Translations under genes and position numbers: made by a program
Assembly: GCA_965223705.1 (NCBI GenBank)
Contig: OZ245015.1
Location: 992,001-1,056,000 of the forward strand
DNA length: 64,000 bases
Reading direction: 5' to 3'
Source: Myxococcota bacterium
Lineage (GTDB): Bacteria; Myxococcota_A; UBA9160; UBA6930
The notes under the pieces: generated by a model
The model's database searches: none
What the model saw: only the letters and a program-made list of their open reading frames with translations
What the model was told of the DNA's origin: nothing
Shown here: positions 9,972 to 19,420 of the stretch, piece by piece
How the letters are laid out: the number at the start of each line of letters is the position of its first letter
Numbering within the stretch: position 1 is the first letter of the stretch

Positions 9972-11294
9972 GCGGGCTCCGGCGCGCTAGTCTCGGGTGC
10001 TCGCTGCTCGAAGGAGCACCTCGTCGAAAGCCGTCACCACGCGTTACCGCCCTTGGCGGGGCTATTTCCCAGCACCTATTACGGTTGGGTCATCGCCGGC
10101 GCTACGGGCGTCATCATGTTCGCCACGGTCGGCGTCGGCTTCTACGCGATGGCGGTCCTCATCGACGGCCTACCCGAGGCCAAAGGCTTTACGCGCGCCC
10201 AAGTGGCCGGCCCCACGAGCTTCTACTTCGTTCTGCAGGGGCTTCTCGGACCCTTGGTGGGTCGCGTCGTCGATCGTCACGGTTCCCGCGGCGTCATCAT
10301 TTGCGGGACCGTGCTCCTCTCGGCGGGCCTGCTGCTCCTTGGCGGCGTGGACGAGGCCTGGCAGCTCTGGCCGACCTACTGCGCGATGTCGCTCGGTTTC
10401 TCGCTGTGCGCCGCGATTCCGACGAACGCTCTCTTGGCGCGTTGGTTCATCGGATTGCGCGCCCGTGCGCTGGCATTTGCGCACTCCGGCGTCTCCCTGG
10501 GCGGGATCTTGGTGACGCCCATCGCGACGTGGGTGCTCCACCAGCACGGCGTGGGAGCGGCGACTTCACTTCTCTCGGGCATTGCCCTGGGCGTGGCGGT
10601 TCCCGCCGCTTGGTTTGCGCTGTCGCAGGACCCGCGTGATCACGGGCTCGAGCCCGACGGCGGCGCCACCCGCCCACGCGAAAGCGAGCTCCTGTCCGAG
10701 TCCTACCAACGCGCCGCGTGGAGCACACGCGAAGCACTAGGCACCCACGCGTTCTGGATCGTCGCACTCGCTTTCTCCCTGGTCCTCTTCGGCCAGCAAG
10801 GCCTGTTGATCCACGAAGTCGCTCTCGTTCACGAACGCACCGGAAGCTCCCAGGCCGGTGCGTTTGCGGTTTCGCTGACGGCGCTGGGAAGCGTCACCGG
10901 TCGACTCATCGTCGGGATGTTCGCGGATCGCTTCCCGAAGCAGCGCGTCGCGTTCGGCGTGATGATGTTTCAGGCGCTCGCCCTCTGGATCTTCGCGCAA
11001 GCGACGGGTTTGCCGGGGCTCTACGCGTCCGCCCTGATGTTCGGCATCACCATCGGCAACGTCTTCATGCTGCAGTCGCTGATCGTCGGCGAGTTCTACG
11101 GCATGACCTCATTCGGCGCCGTCTTCGGCGCGCTGATCTTCGTGACGCAAATCGCCGGCGGCCTCGGCCCCTGGGGCTTGGCCCAAATGAACGAACTCCT
11201 GGGCGGCTACGGCGAAACCCTGCAGACCCTCGCGCTAGTCGCCGCTGCGGGCGCCTGCGTGATCGCCTTTGCGACCCCCCCGTCTCGCGAGTAG
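9957..11294 (+). CDS. MFS transporter (OFA/MCT-like); start uncertain
   Basis: YYGWVI start, motif A GRVVDRHGSR, RWFIGLRARA, GMFADRF and about 12 hydrophobic segments. Confidence 0.92.
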   Translation: MLSHQAGSGALVSGARCSKEHLVESRHHALPPLAGLFPSTYYGWVIAGATGVIMFATVGVGFYAMAVLIDGLPEAKGFTRAQVAGPTSFYFVLQGLLGPLVGRVVDRHGSRGVIICGTVLLSAGLLLLGGVDEAWQLWPTYCAMSLGFSLCAAIPTNALLARWFIGLRARALAFAHSGVSLGGILVTPIATWVLHQHGVGAATSLLSGIALGVAVPAAWFALSQDPRDHGLEPDGGATRPRESELLSESYQRAAWSTREALGTHAFWIVALAFSLVLFGQQGLLIHEVALVHERTGSSQAGAFAVSLTALGSVTGRLIVGMFADRFPKQRVAFGVMMFQALALWIFAQATGLPGLYASALMFGITIGNVFMLQSLIVGEFYGMTSFGAVFGALIFVTQIAGGLGPWGLAQMNELLGGYGETLQTLALVAAAGACVIAFATPPSRE

Positions 11295-11319
11295 AGCGCG
11301 CGTCAGCTGAGCGTTGCGA

Positions 11320-11438
11320 GGCCGTGGGGGTGGGGGGTACCGCGCGCAGTTCCGCAGCGCCGCAACCAAGCGCGAATGATCTCGTCACGCCCCGCGGCGC
11401 GAGGATGTTTGAGCACGGTACCCCCCACCGCCACGGCC
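11320..11438. repeat. 119-bp element with 26-bp terminal inverted repeats (REP/REPIN- or MITE-like) between convergent genes
   Basis: Left arm ggccgtgggggtggggggtaccgcgc (11320-11345); right arm gcacggtaccccccaccgccacggcc (11413-11438); 2 mismatches. Confidence 0.75.
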
Positions 11439-11448
11439 CGACCCCGGT

Positions 11449-12255
11449 CTACGTCATGACGGCGAGCTGCCGACACTCCGCGAGGAGCACCCCGTCCTCG
11501 CTCCAAACCTCCCCGTCCTCGACGAGGCAACCGTCGCGCACCGTCTGCGTGACGAGTCGGATGAGGACGAACGCGTCGGCGCCGAAGGGAAGGCTGCGCG
11601 GATCACATCGGAAGTGGATCGTCAGGTCGACCGTCGAAACGCCGGCGACGGGCCCGTCCCGGTGGGCCCAGGCCAGGAGAGCGGGGGGCCACACATCGCA
11701 GTACGCGGCGAGAAGCGGAGCGTCGATGACGCCCGGCGGGTCGACGAGCCGAATCCAACCGCCGGCCTCCGCGTGCGGCAAGCCTTCCCACGGTTCGCCG
11801 CCAAAGACGGGTCGGCGCTCGAAGTGCGCGCGCAGTGGCGGATGCTCGGGGCGTACCGAAATGGTACGCACGTCGCTTGAAGGCGGCGCCTGAGGCGCTT
11901 CGCGGTGCGCGAGCTCGAGCCCGCCTCGCGGCGTCCCGCACGCGAGAACCCCCAGCACACACAGTTTCTCGCCCTGCATCATTCGCATCGTCGCGGTCGA
12001 GAAACGCCGGCCGGTTCGTTCGATCGCGACGTGAATCGCCACTTTGGCCGCCGTCGGCGGACGCAAGTAGTGCAGTGTGAGAGAACGCGGCGTCCGCTCG
12101 TCGTCACCGAGCTCTGCGAGAGCGGCGCGCAAGGTAATCGCCGCGAGGAAGCCGCCATTCGGTCCCGCATCGATCCACCAGGAGCGATGGATGAACGCTT
12201 CGTAGACACCATCGCCGATCGGAGTGACGGCCGTGTCGCGTTCGAAGCGGGTCAT
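11449..12255 (-). CDS. Acyl-CoA thioesterase (TesB-like double hotdog family)
   Basis: MTRFERDTAV..., WWIDAGPNGGFLAA, SLTLHYLRP, YCDVWPP, STVDLTIHF and EDGEVWSEDGVLLAECRQ; ATGA overlap with the upstream stop. Confidence 0.88.
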   Translation of the reverse strand: MTRFERDTAVTPIGDGVYEAFIHRSWWIDAGPNGGFLAAITLRAALAELGDDERTPRSLTLHYLRPPTAAKVAIHVAIERTGRRFSTATMRMMQGEKLCVLGVLACGTPRGGLELAHREAPQAPPSSDVRTISVRPEHPPLRAHFERRPVFGGEPWEGLPHAEAGGWIRLVDPPGVIDAPLLAAYCDVWPPALLAWAHRDGPVAGVSTVDLTIHFRCDPRSLPFGADAFVLIRLVTQTVRDGCLVEDGEVWSEDGVLLAECRQLAVMT

Positions 12256-12995
12256 CGAGGGTTCCTTCTTTGATCGATCTGCCTCATTCGCTCTCCTACC
12301 ACCATGGCCATGGCGGCTTGCAAGTTGTAGGACGGAATGAATCCGTGCATCGGGAGACGCAACACGCGGTCTGCCCGGGCGAGGTGATCTTCCGGGACGC
12401 CGTGCTTTTCGCCGCCGACGATCAGTAGCACGGGCCCCGAGAGATCGATCTCCCAGGGCGCGACGTCTCCGGAATCTTCTACGGCAAAGATCTGCCGGCC
12501 GGCGCGGCGCGCAGCATCGATGACGCCGAGGCCATCGTCCCAGAAGACGGGCATGAAGCGGTCGGCGCGCATCGAGGCGCGCAACGCTTCGCGTTTTCCT
12601 TCGTGGGCCATCCGGTTGTCTACGAAACAGGCGTCGGCGCCCGAGACTTCCGCACAGCGGATCCCGAAACCCGCGTTTCCAGGGTAGGCGACGTTCACGA
12701 GGAGCCACGCGGCACCGCCGCGGGCGAGGGCCGCTTCGCGGTCGACATCGGCGTCGGCACCCACCAGGCCCAGCACTTCGGCCGGCGGATCGGATTTCGA
12801 CAGGCGCCACAGGGAGGCTTCACTCGTCTCGCGAACCGCGATCGATTCCGCGCGGGCCCGCGCGAGGAGGGCCGGCACGCGTGGGTCGCGGGGCTCGCGG
12901 TGGGTCAACAACAAGCGGATCGGCTCACCGCGATCGAGCGCGGCCGAGATCGCCTCGGGGCCCGCCAGTTGGCGGCGCGCGGGAGCGTCACCCAT
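12252..12995 (-). CDS. TrmH/SpoU (SPOUT) RNA 2'-O-methyltransferase with an N-terminal substrate-binding domain
   Basis: SPOUT motifs YPGNAGFGIRCA, IVGGEKHGV and LPMHGFIPSYNLQAA. Confidence 0.9.
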   Translation of the reverse strand: MGDAPARRQLAGPEAISAALDRGEPIRLLLTHREPRDPRVPALLARARAESIAVRETSEASLWRLSKSDPPAEVLGLVGADADVDREAALARGGAAWLLVNVAYPGNAGFGIRCAEVSGADACFVDNRMAHEGKREALRASMRADRFMPVFWDDGLGVIDAARRAGRQIFAVEDSGDVAPWEIDLSGPVLLIVGGEKHGVPEDHLARADRVLRLPMHGFIPSYNLQAAMAMVVGERMRQIDQRRNPR

Positions 12996-13752
12996 CGCGA
13001 CGAAAGACCAAGTATTCGTTCAAGTCGCCCGACGCACCGTCGGCGGAGAAGCGCAGGGCGAGCGGCCAAGGCAGGGCGCCGATCCAGTGCTCGCGCTCCG
13101 CTTTCGAAACTTGATGGCAGTAGCGCACCTGATCCTCTCCCCAGCGCAACAAGTGATCCCCATCCTCCACGCCGTGCTCGTCGATCGCGGGAAACCCGTA
13201 ACGCGGAAGCTCGTGCCACGGTACTCGCCGGTCGCGGAAGCGCGCTCGCTCGCCGAAATCCCACACCGAAACCGCGAGTTGTCCGCCCGGCGCGAGAAGC
13301 TCGCCGGATCGCTCGAGCAAAGCGAGGCGCCGGTCGCGGCCCGGGAGGTGATGCAACAAACCGAAGACGACGACGAGATCGAAGCGCTCGCCGTGCAGAG
13401 CCGCGAGACCGTCGGACGCGAGATCGAGGCAGACGACGCTCGCTTCGGCGCCGACCTGGCGCGCCGCGTCCCGAGCTTCGCGGAGAAGTGGGGCGCTCGC
13501 GTCGACACCGACGTAGGTCAGCGGCCGCAAGCCGGCGTCGGCTGCGGCGCGCACCCATCGGCCGTTGCCGCAGCCCAAGTCGAGGACCCGCAAGCCCCTG
13601 CGCGGGAGGGTCGCTAGGATGCGTTCCCAGCCGGGCCATCCGCGGCGACGCGTGCGGCTAAACGACGCCGCTTGGTCGCGGTAGAACGCGCGATTGATGG
13701 CGACGAGCGCCCGGGCGGTGGGCGAATCGGACGAGTCGGACAGATCGGACAT
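12988..13752 (-). CDS. Class I SAM-dependent methyltransferase, Trm9/ALKBH8-like (candidate tRNA cm5U34 methyltransferase)
   Basis: FYRDQAASFSRTRRRGWP, VLDLGCGNGRW and FDLVVVFGLLHHLPGRDRRLALL...LAPGGQLAVSVW match the Trm9 pattern Y..IA.HFS.TR..PWP / D.GCGNGKY / HH.ST..RR...L..GG..LI..W. Confidence 0.8.
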   Translation of the reverse strand: MSDLSDSSDSPTARALVAINRAFYRDQAASFSRTRRRGWPGWERILATLPRRGLRVLDLGCGNGRWVRAAADAGLRPLTYVGVDASAPLLREARDAARQVGAEASVVCLDLASDGLAALHGERFDLVVVFGLLHHLPGRDRRLALLERSGELLAPGGQLAVSVWDFGERARFRDRRVPWHELPRYGFPAIDEHGVEDGDHLLRWGEDQVRYCHQVSKAEREHWIGALPWPLALRFSADGASGDLNEYLVFRRDG

Positions 13753-15454
13753 GCAAACGGCCTGTGCAGGAAACCCCGAAGGGGATCTCGACGCGATCAT
13801 AGACGAGATCCTGGCGAGCCCGTCCTGGAGCGATGCCTCCCTCGACCGCATCCAACGACGTCACCCGAAAGATGGCCGCGGCTTCTACAACAAGCGCGAA
13901 ATCTTGGCCCGCTTTCGCACGCGGGGTTCGGACGCGGATGAGGCACGGTTCACCGAGCGACTCCGCACGTGTCCGACGCGCTCGGTCTCGGGCGTCCTGC
14001 CCGTCACCGTCCTCACGAAACCGTTTCCCTGCCCCGGCCGTTGCGTCTTCTGCCCGAGCGACGTGCGGATGCCGAAAAGCTATGTGTCGAACGAACCCGG
14101 CTGCCAACGGGCGGAATCGAACGCGTTCGATCCCTATCTGCAAGCGCTGAGTCGACTCACCGCCTACCGCGACATGGGTCATCCGACCGACAAGGTCGAG
14201 CTCATCGTGCTAGGCGGCACCTGGTCGCACTACCCGAAGTCCTATCGGCGCTGGTTCGTCGGCCGCTTGTTCGATGCGCTGAACGATTTCGGCGACGGCG
14301 CACGCCGAAGCGATTGCGGCGGTCCGCGCAGGCCCGAGGTCGCCGCGGAACCGAGCGCCACCGATGTTCGCGGTCGATACAATCGCTACGTCGCCGCCTC
14401 TCTCTACGAATCGGACGATTTCTCGCCGACCGCGTTCGTAGAAACGACGCATCGCAACGAATCGGCCGCGACGCGGTGTGTCGGTTTGTCGATCGAAACG
14501 CGCCCCGATTGCATCGACCGGGATGAGCTCCGCACGCTCCGAGAGCTCGGCGTGACGAAGGTCCAGCTGGGCATTCAGAGCACGTCCGACGACGTGCTGC
14601 GCAAAAACCAGCGAGGACACGATGTCGCCGCCACGCGCCACGCCATGTGTCTCTTGCGTTCGGCGGGTTTCAAGCTGCACGGGCACTGGATGGCGAACCT
14701 GCTGGGAAGCGATCCCGAAGCGGACGTGGCCGACTTCGAGAAGCTCTTTTTCGACCCGGCGCTTCGCCCGGACGAGCTCAAGGTCTATCCCTGCAGCTTG
14801 CTCGACACCGCCGAGTTGGTTGCGCACCACCGTCGGGGCGATTGGCATCCCTACGACCACGAGACCTTGACGGGTGTTCTCGTGCGCTGCCTCGCCGCCG
14901 TTCCTCGCAGCTGTCGGGTCACGCGGATGATTCGCGATATTCCGTCGACCGACATCTTGGTCGGTAACCGCCGGACGAACCTACGAGAAGACGTCGAGAA
15001 GCGTGCGCGTCGCGAGCGGGTGCCGCTTCGGGAAATCCGCGGACGCGAGATCCGCGGCGACGCGATCGATGCGCGTGCGCTCACCCTCAAGGAGACGCGC
15101 TACACGGCCGGGCGCGGCGACGAGATCTTTCTCGAATGGACGGACGAAGGCGATCGGATCGCCGGGTTTCTCCGCCTTCACTGCCCGCGTGAGGAAGCCC
15201 CTCTCCCCGAGCTCGTCGGTGAGGCGATCATCCGGGAGGTCCACGTCTACGGACAGACGGCGCGCCTCGGCTCCCGAGAAAAACGAGAAGCCCAACACGG
15301 CGGGTTGGGCGCTGCGCTCATCGAACGAGCCGTATCGCTCGCGCGGTCCGCGGGTTACCGGTCGCTGGCGGTGATCTCGGCGGTCGGTACGCGGGGCTAC
15401 TACCGGCGATTGGGATTTGTCGACGGGGAGCTCTACCAACATCGCGCGCTCTAG
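13751..15454 (+). CDS. elp3: Elongator protein 3 (radical SAM + KAT/GNAT) tRNA U34 carboxymethyltransferase
   Basis: RSVSGVLPVTVLTKPFPCPGRCVFCP (Fe-S Cys motif), PKSY..EP, GHPTDKVELIVLGGTW, ETRPD, QLGIQS, PDELKVYP, RMIRDIP, IIREVHVYG, QHGGLG and ISAVGTRGYYRRLGF. Confidence 0.95.
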   Translation: MQTACAGNPEGDLDAIIDEILASPSWSDASLDRIQRRHPKDGRGFYNKREILARFRTRGSDADEARFTERLRTCPTRSVSGVLPVTVLTKPFPCPGRCVFCPSDVRMPKSYVSNEPGCQRAESNAFDPYLQALSRLTAYRDMGHPTDKVELIVLGGTWSHYPKSYRRWFVGRLFDALNDFGDGARRSDCGGPRRPEVAAEPSATDVRGRYNRYVAASLYESDDFSPTAFVETTHRNESAATRCVGLSIETRPDCIDRDELRTLRELGVTKVQLGIQSTSDDVLRKNQRGHDVAATRHAMCLLRSAGFKLHGHWMANLLGSDPEADVADFEKLFFDPALRPDELKVYPCSLLDTAELVAHHRRGDWHPYDHETLTGVLVRCLAAVPRSCRVTRMIRDIPSTDILVGNRRTNLREDVEKRARRERVPLREIRGREIRGDAIDARALTLKETRYTAGRGDEIFLEWTDEGDRIAGFLRLHCPREEAPLPELVGEAIIREVHVYGQTARLGSREKREAQHGGLGAALIERAVSLARSAGYRSLAVISAVGTRGYYRRLGFVDGELYQHRAL

Positions 15455-15519
15455 AGGCCCTTTCAGATTTCCCCACACGACAGCTCAGTCGTGGTATACG
15501 CCACCCAGGAGGAAACTGT

Positions 15520-16671
15520 ATGTCTCGCCGCGCAATTCAAGCTCTGGTCCTGGCTGTGTCCTGCCTGTGGGCGACAACGGCCACCGCCCAACTCTCCGTG
15601 ATGACGCGCAATTTGTACCTCGGTGCGGATCTCACGCCAGTCTTCGCGTCGGACGCTGCGACCTTCCCGGCGGAAGCGGCCGCGGCGCTCAATCAGGTCG
15701 CTCAAAACAACTTTCCGAGACGCGCGCGGGCCCTCGCCCGGGAAGTCGCTCGCACGCGACCCCACGTGATCGGTCTCCAAGAAGCCTTCCGATTTAGCGT
15801 CGGTGGTGCGACGCTCGGCGTGCCCTTCGTCGACATGTTGGAGGTGTTCGAACAAGCACTCGCTGCGCGCGGGCTCAACTACGTGCGCGTCGCCGTCGTT
15901 CCGAACATCGATCTCAATATCCCGGCGGCGGCGGTTCCAGGGCTCGGAGGTGATCTCGGGGTACTGGACCGTGACGTCATCCTGGTGCGCGGCGATGTCG
16001 CCGGATCCGCTGAGCCTCTTCCGCCCGGCTCGGGTACGTATGATTGCATTCAGCCGGTGGGAGACGGCTGCCGTCTGACGCCCGGCGTTCCATTGCCGGC
16101 GACCCTGATCCCGTTCTCCGCCGATCCGTTCCTCGGTCGCGGCATCGTGGTGGTCGAGTTGAGCGTCGCGGGCGAACTCTACCGCGTGGCGAACACGCAC
16201 CTCGAGGTGCGGCTACCCGATCCGACCAACCCCGCGTCCGCCGGCGTCCAGAGTTTCCAGGCGCAGGCCGTGGCTATGGCAATGGGTCAGCTCGCCGGGC
16301 CGAATCACGAGACGATTCTCATCGGCGATATCAACTCAGCGCCCGATGACGCACCCATCGAAGCCACCGATCCAATGACCGGTGATCCGATACGGATCAT
16401 TCCGCCGTACCAGATCCTCGCGAGCTCCAACCTTATCGACGCCTGGACCCGGAACTTCCTGATCTTCTTCAACCCGGACGGCGCGACGTGTTGCCAGCAG
16501 CCCGACCTCGCGAACTTCCAGTCCCAGCTCGACGAGCGGATCGATCAGATCTGGGTCCACAATCGGCGGTTCGCCGCGCTGGCGATCGTCACCGGGGAGA
16601 GGCGCCTGTTCGGCGTGCCGCGCTGGTCATCGGACCACGGCGGTGTGTTCGGCCTGCTCTTCTTCCCGTAG
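15520..16671 (+). CDS. Secreted endonuclease/exonuclease/phosphatase (EEP) family protein
   Basis: Signal peptide ending ATA; VMTRNLYLGAD, IGLQE, NTHLE, IGDINS, ERIDQIW and SDHGGV; AGGAGG RBS. Confidence 0.9.
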   Translation: MSRRAIQALVLAVSCLWATTATAQLSVMTRNLYLGADLTPVFASDAATFPAEAAAALNQVAQNNFPRRARALAREVARTRPHVIGLQEAFRFSVGGATLGVPFVDMLEVFEQALAARGLNYVRVAVVPNIDLNIPAAAVPGLGGDLGVLDRDVILVRGDVAGSAEPLPPGSGTYDCIQPVGDGCRLTPGVPLPATLIPFSADPFLGRGIVVVELSVAGELYRVANTHLEVRLPDPTNPASAGVQSFQAQAVAMAMGQLAGPNHETILIGDINSAPDDAPIEATDPMTGDPIRIIPPYQILASSNLIDAWTRNFLIFFNPDGATCCQQPDLANFQSQLDERIDQIWVHNRRFAALAIVTGERRLFGVPRWSSDHGGVFGLLFFP

Positions 16672-16686
16672 GCCCCGCACGGCCCT

Positions 16687-16736
16687 GGGCCGCCGCCGTT
16701 TCTCGCTAGATCGAGAAGGGGGGGTGGCGGCGGCCC
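16687..16736. terminator. GC-rich hairpin between convergent EEP and clpB genes (possible bidirectional terminator)
   Basis: gggccgccgcc (16687-16697) pairs with ggcggcggccc (16726-16736); inner stem ttctcg/cgagaa; no U-tract. Confidence 0.45.
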
Positions 16737-16761
16737 GGGCACTGCCGGGCGAGCGCGACGG

Positions 16762-19353
16762 TCAGTCGCGCCGGCGGAACTCCAGAGCGTCGCCCGAGAC
16801 GCGCGCGTCGACCAGAACCTTCGCGCCTTCCGGGAACTCGCCCTCGAGGATCTTCATGGCCAGCGGGTCCTGCACCAGGCGCTGGATGACGCGCTTCAGC
16901 GGGCGCGCACCGTACGCGGGGTCGTAACCCTTCTCGGCGAGGAGGGTCTTCGCCTCGTCCGTGAGCTCGATGTCGATTCGGCGATCCGCCAACAGCTTGC
17001 GAACGCGCTCGATCTGCAGATCGACGATGTGGTCGATGTGCTCCCGAGCGAGCTGGTGGAAGATGATCGTGTCGTCGATTCGGTTCAGGAATTCGGGCTT
17101 GAAGTGCGCGCGTAACGCTTCGGTGACACGCGTCTCCATGAGCGCGTGGTCCTGTTCGCCGAGGCTCGTGATGTGTTCGCTCCCGATGTTCGATGTCATG
17201 ATGAGTACAGCGTTCCGGAAGTCGACCGTGCGCCCTTGACCGTCGGTGAGTCGGCCGTCGTCCAGGATCTGGAGGAGGGCGTTGAAGACGTCGGGATGCG
17301 CTTTCTCGATTTCGTCGAAGAGCACCACGCTGTAGGGTCGGCGGCGAACGGCTTCGGTCAGGTAGCCGCCTTCTTCGTAACCGACGTATCCCGGGGGCGC
17401 TCCGATGAGGCGCGACACCGAGTGCTTCTCCATGAACTCACTCATGTCGATGCGCACCATGGCGTGCTCGTCGTCGAAGAGGAACTCCGCCAACGTGCGC
17501 GCCGTCTCGGTCTTCCCGACGCCGGTCGGGCCCAAGAAGATGAACGAACCGATCGGTCGGTTCGGATCCTGCAGGCCCGCCCGGGCGCGGCGCACGGCGT
17601 TCGACACCGCGGTGAGCGCTTCTTCCTGGCCGACCACGCGACTGCCGAGGACGTCCTCCATGCGGAGGAGCTTCTCCTGCTCACCTTCGAGCATCTTCGA
17701 GACCGGGATGCCCGTCCACTTCGAGACGATCTCGGCGACTTCTTCCGCCGTGACTTCCTCGGAAAGGAGTGAGCCTTCCTTCTGGAGGCTGTCGAGCTTC
17801 TCCTGCTCGGCCGCGAGGTCCTTCTCGAGCTCGACCAATAGGCCGTACTGAATTTCGGCGGCGCGTTCGAGCTGACCCTGGCGCTGGGTGCGCTCGAGCT
17901 CCGCAGTCAGCGCTTCGCGGCGTTCCTTGAGCTCGCGCACGTGGGCGATCGTGTCTTTCTCGTGGCTCCAACGCGCGGAAAGCGCGGCGCCGGAATCGTT
18001 GAGATCCGCGATCTCGGCACTCACGCGCTCGAGGCGTTCGCGGCTCGCGTCGTCGCTCTCTTTCTTGAGCGCCTCGCGCTCGATCTCGAGCTGGGTGCGC
18101 TTGCGCTCGAGGGCGTCGAGCTCTTCGGGCATCGAGTCGATCTGGACGCGCACGCGACTCGCGGCCTCATCGACCAGGTCGATGGCCTTGTCGGGCAAGA
18201 ACCGGTCGGTGATGTAGCGGTTGGACAGGGTCGCCGCGGAGACGAGCGCAGCGTCCTGGATCCGCACACCGTGGTGCACTTCGTAGCGCTCCTTCAGGCC
18301 GCGCAAGATCGAGATCGTGTCTTCCAAGCTGGGCTCGCCCACGAAAACCGGCTGGAACCGGCGTTCGAGCGCCGCGTCCTTTTCGACGTGCTTGCGGTAT
18401 TCGTCCAAGGTCGTCGCCCCGACGCAGCGAAGCTCGCCGCGCGCGAGCGCGGGCTTGAGCAGGTTGGCCGCGTCGGCCGCGCCTTCCGCGGCTCCGGCAC
18501 CGACGATCGTGTGCAGCTCGTCGATAAAGAGAATGACTTCACCGTTGGCTTCCGTGACTTCTCGGAGGACCGCCTTCAAGCGGTCTTCGAACTCGCCGCG
18601 GTACTTGGCACCGGCGATGAGGGCGCCGACGTCCAAGGTGATGACGCGGCGGTCGGCGAGCGATTCCGGCACGTCGCCGGCGACGACCCGCTGCGCCAAG
18701 CCCTCGGCGATGGCTGTCTTACCGACGCCCGGCTCCCCGATCAATACCGGGTTGTTCTTCGTCCGCCGCGAAAGCACCTGGACGACGCGCCGGATCTCTT
18801 CGTCGCGGCCGATGACCGGGTCGAGCTTTCCGTCGCGCGCAGCTTCCGTGAGATCGCGACCGAATTTCGATAGCGCTTGGTACTTGCTCTCCGGATCCTG
18901 ATCCGTGACACGGGCGGAACCGCGCACGGAGGCGAGCGCCTTCTCGATCGCTTCGTGGGTCGCACCTTGATCGATGAGGAGACGCGCGGTCGCTTCCGAC
19001 GGGTTCTTGACCAAGCCGAGCAGCAAGTGCTCCGTCGATGTGTATTCGTCCCCGCGCTCGCTGGCGTCGGTCTCGGCCGCTTCGAGGGCGTTCGCGAGAT
19101 CCGGCGAGAGCGTGGGTTGTGAGCCGCCCGACACTTTCGGGAGTGCCGTCAGCAGTTCTTCGGCGTTCGCCTGGAGCGGAGGCAGGGCGACCCCGATTTT
19201 TTGCAGGATCGGGATCGTGCTGCCCTCGGGCTGGGCGAGAAGCGCTTGCAGCAGATGGGCGGGCGTAATTTGGCTGTGGCCGCGCGCAGTCGCGAGCGAC
19301 TGCGCTTCGGAAAGAGCTTCTTGGCTTTTAATCGTGAGCTTGTCGAATCGCAT
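16762..19353 (-). CDS. clpB: ATP-dependent chaperone ClpB
   Basis: Two Walker A motifs ([16 protein letters not shown]), long middle coiled coil, [25 protein letters not shown] and GARPLKR; 863 aa. Confidence 0.98.
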   Translation of the reverse strand: MRFDKLTIKSQEALSEAQSLATARGHSQITPAHLLQALLAQPEGSTIPILQKIGVALPPLQANAEELLTALPKVSGGSQPTLSPDLANALEAAETDASERGDEYTSTEHLLLGLVKNPSEATARLLIDQGATHEAIEKALASVRGSARVTDQDPESKYQALSKFGRDLTEAARDGKLDPVIGRDEEIRRVVQVLSRRTKNNPVLIGEPGVGKTAIAEGLAQRVVAGDVPESLADRRVITLDVGALIAGAKYRGEFEDRLKAVLREVTEANGEVILFIDELHTIVGAGAAEGAADAANLLKPALARGELRCVGATTLDEYRKHVEKDAALERRFQPVFVGEPSLEDTISILRGLKERYEVHHGVRIQDAALVSAATLSNRYITDRFLPDKAIDLVDEAASRVRVQIDSMPEELDALERKRTQLEIEREALKKESDDASRERLERVSAEIADLNDSGAALSARWSHEKDTIAHVRELKERREALTAELERTQRQGQLERAAEIQYGLLVELEKDLAAEQEKLDSLQKEGSLLSEEVTAEEVAEIVSKWTGIPVSKMLEGEQEKLLRMEDVLGSRVVGQEEALTAVSNAVRRARAGLQDPNRPIGSFIFLGPTGVGKTETARTLAEFLFDDEHAMVRIDMSEFMEKHSVSRLIGAPPGYVGYEEGGYLTEAVRRRPYSVVLFDEIEKAHPDVFNALLQILDDGRLTDGQGRTVDFRNAVLIMTSNIGSEHITSLGEQDHALMETRVTEALRAHFKPEFLNRIDDTIIFHQLAREHIDHIVDLQIERVRKLLADRRIDIELTDEAKTLLAEKGYDPAYGARPLKRVIQRLVQDPLAMKILEGEFPEGAKVLVDARVSGDALEFRRRD

Positions 19354-19420
19354 GCCAGGAACCTATGCACCGAAGGACGCATGGCAAGCGACGTTGCGCG
19401 GGGGCCCCAAGGGGTTTGCG

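Noticed and set aside
19354..19420. Heat-shock (RpoH/CIRCE) element upstream of clpB
   Set aside because: No CIRCE repeat is present; only a weak CTTG-N17-CATAG resemblance, not enough to call.
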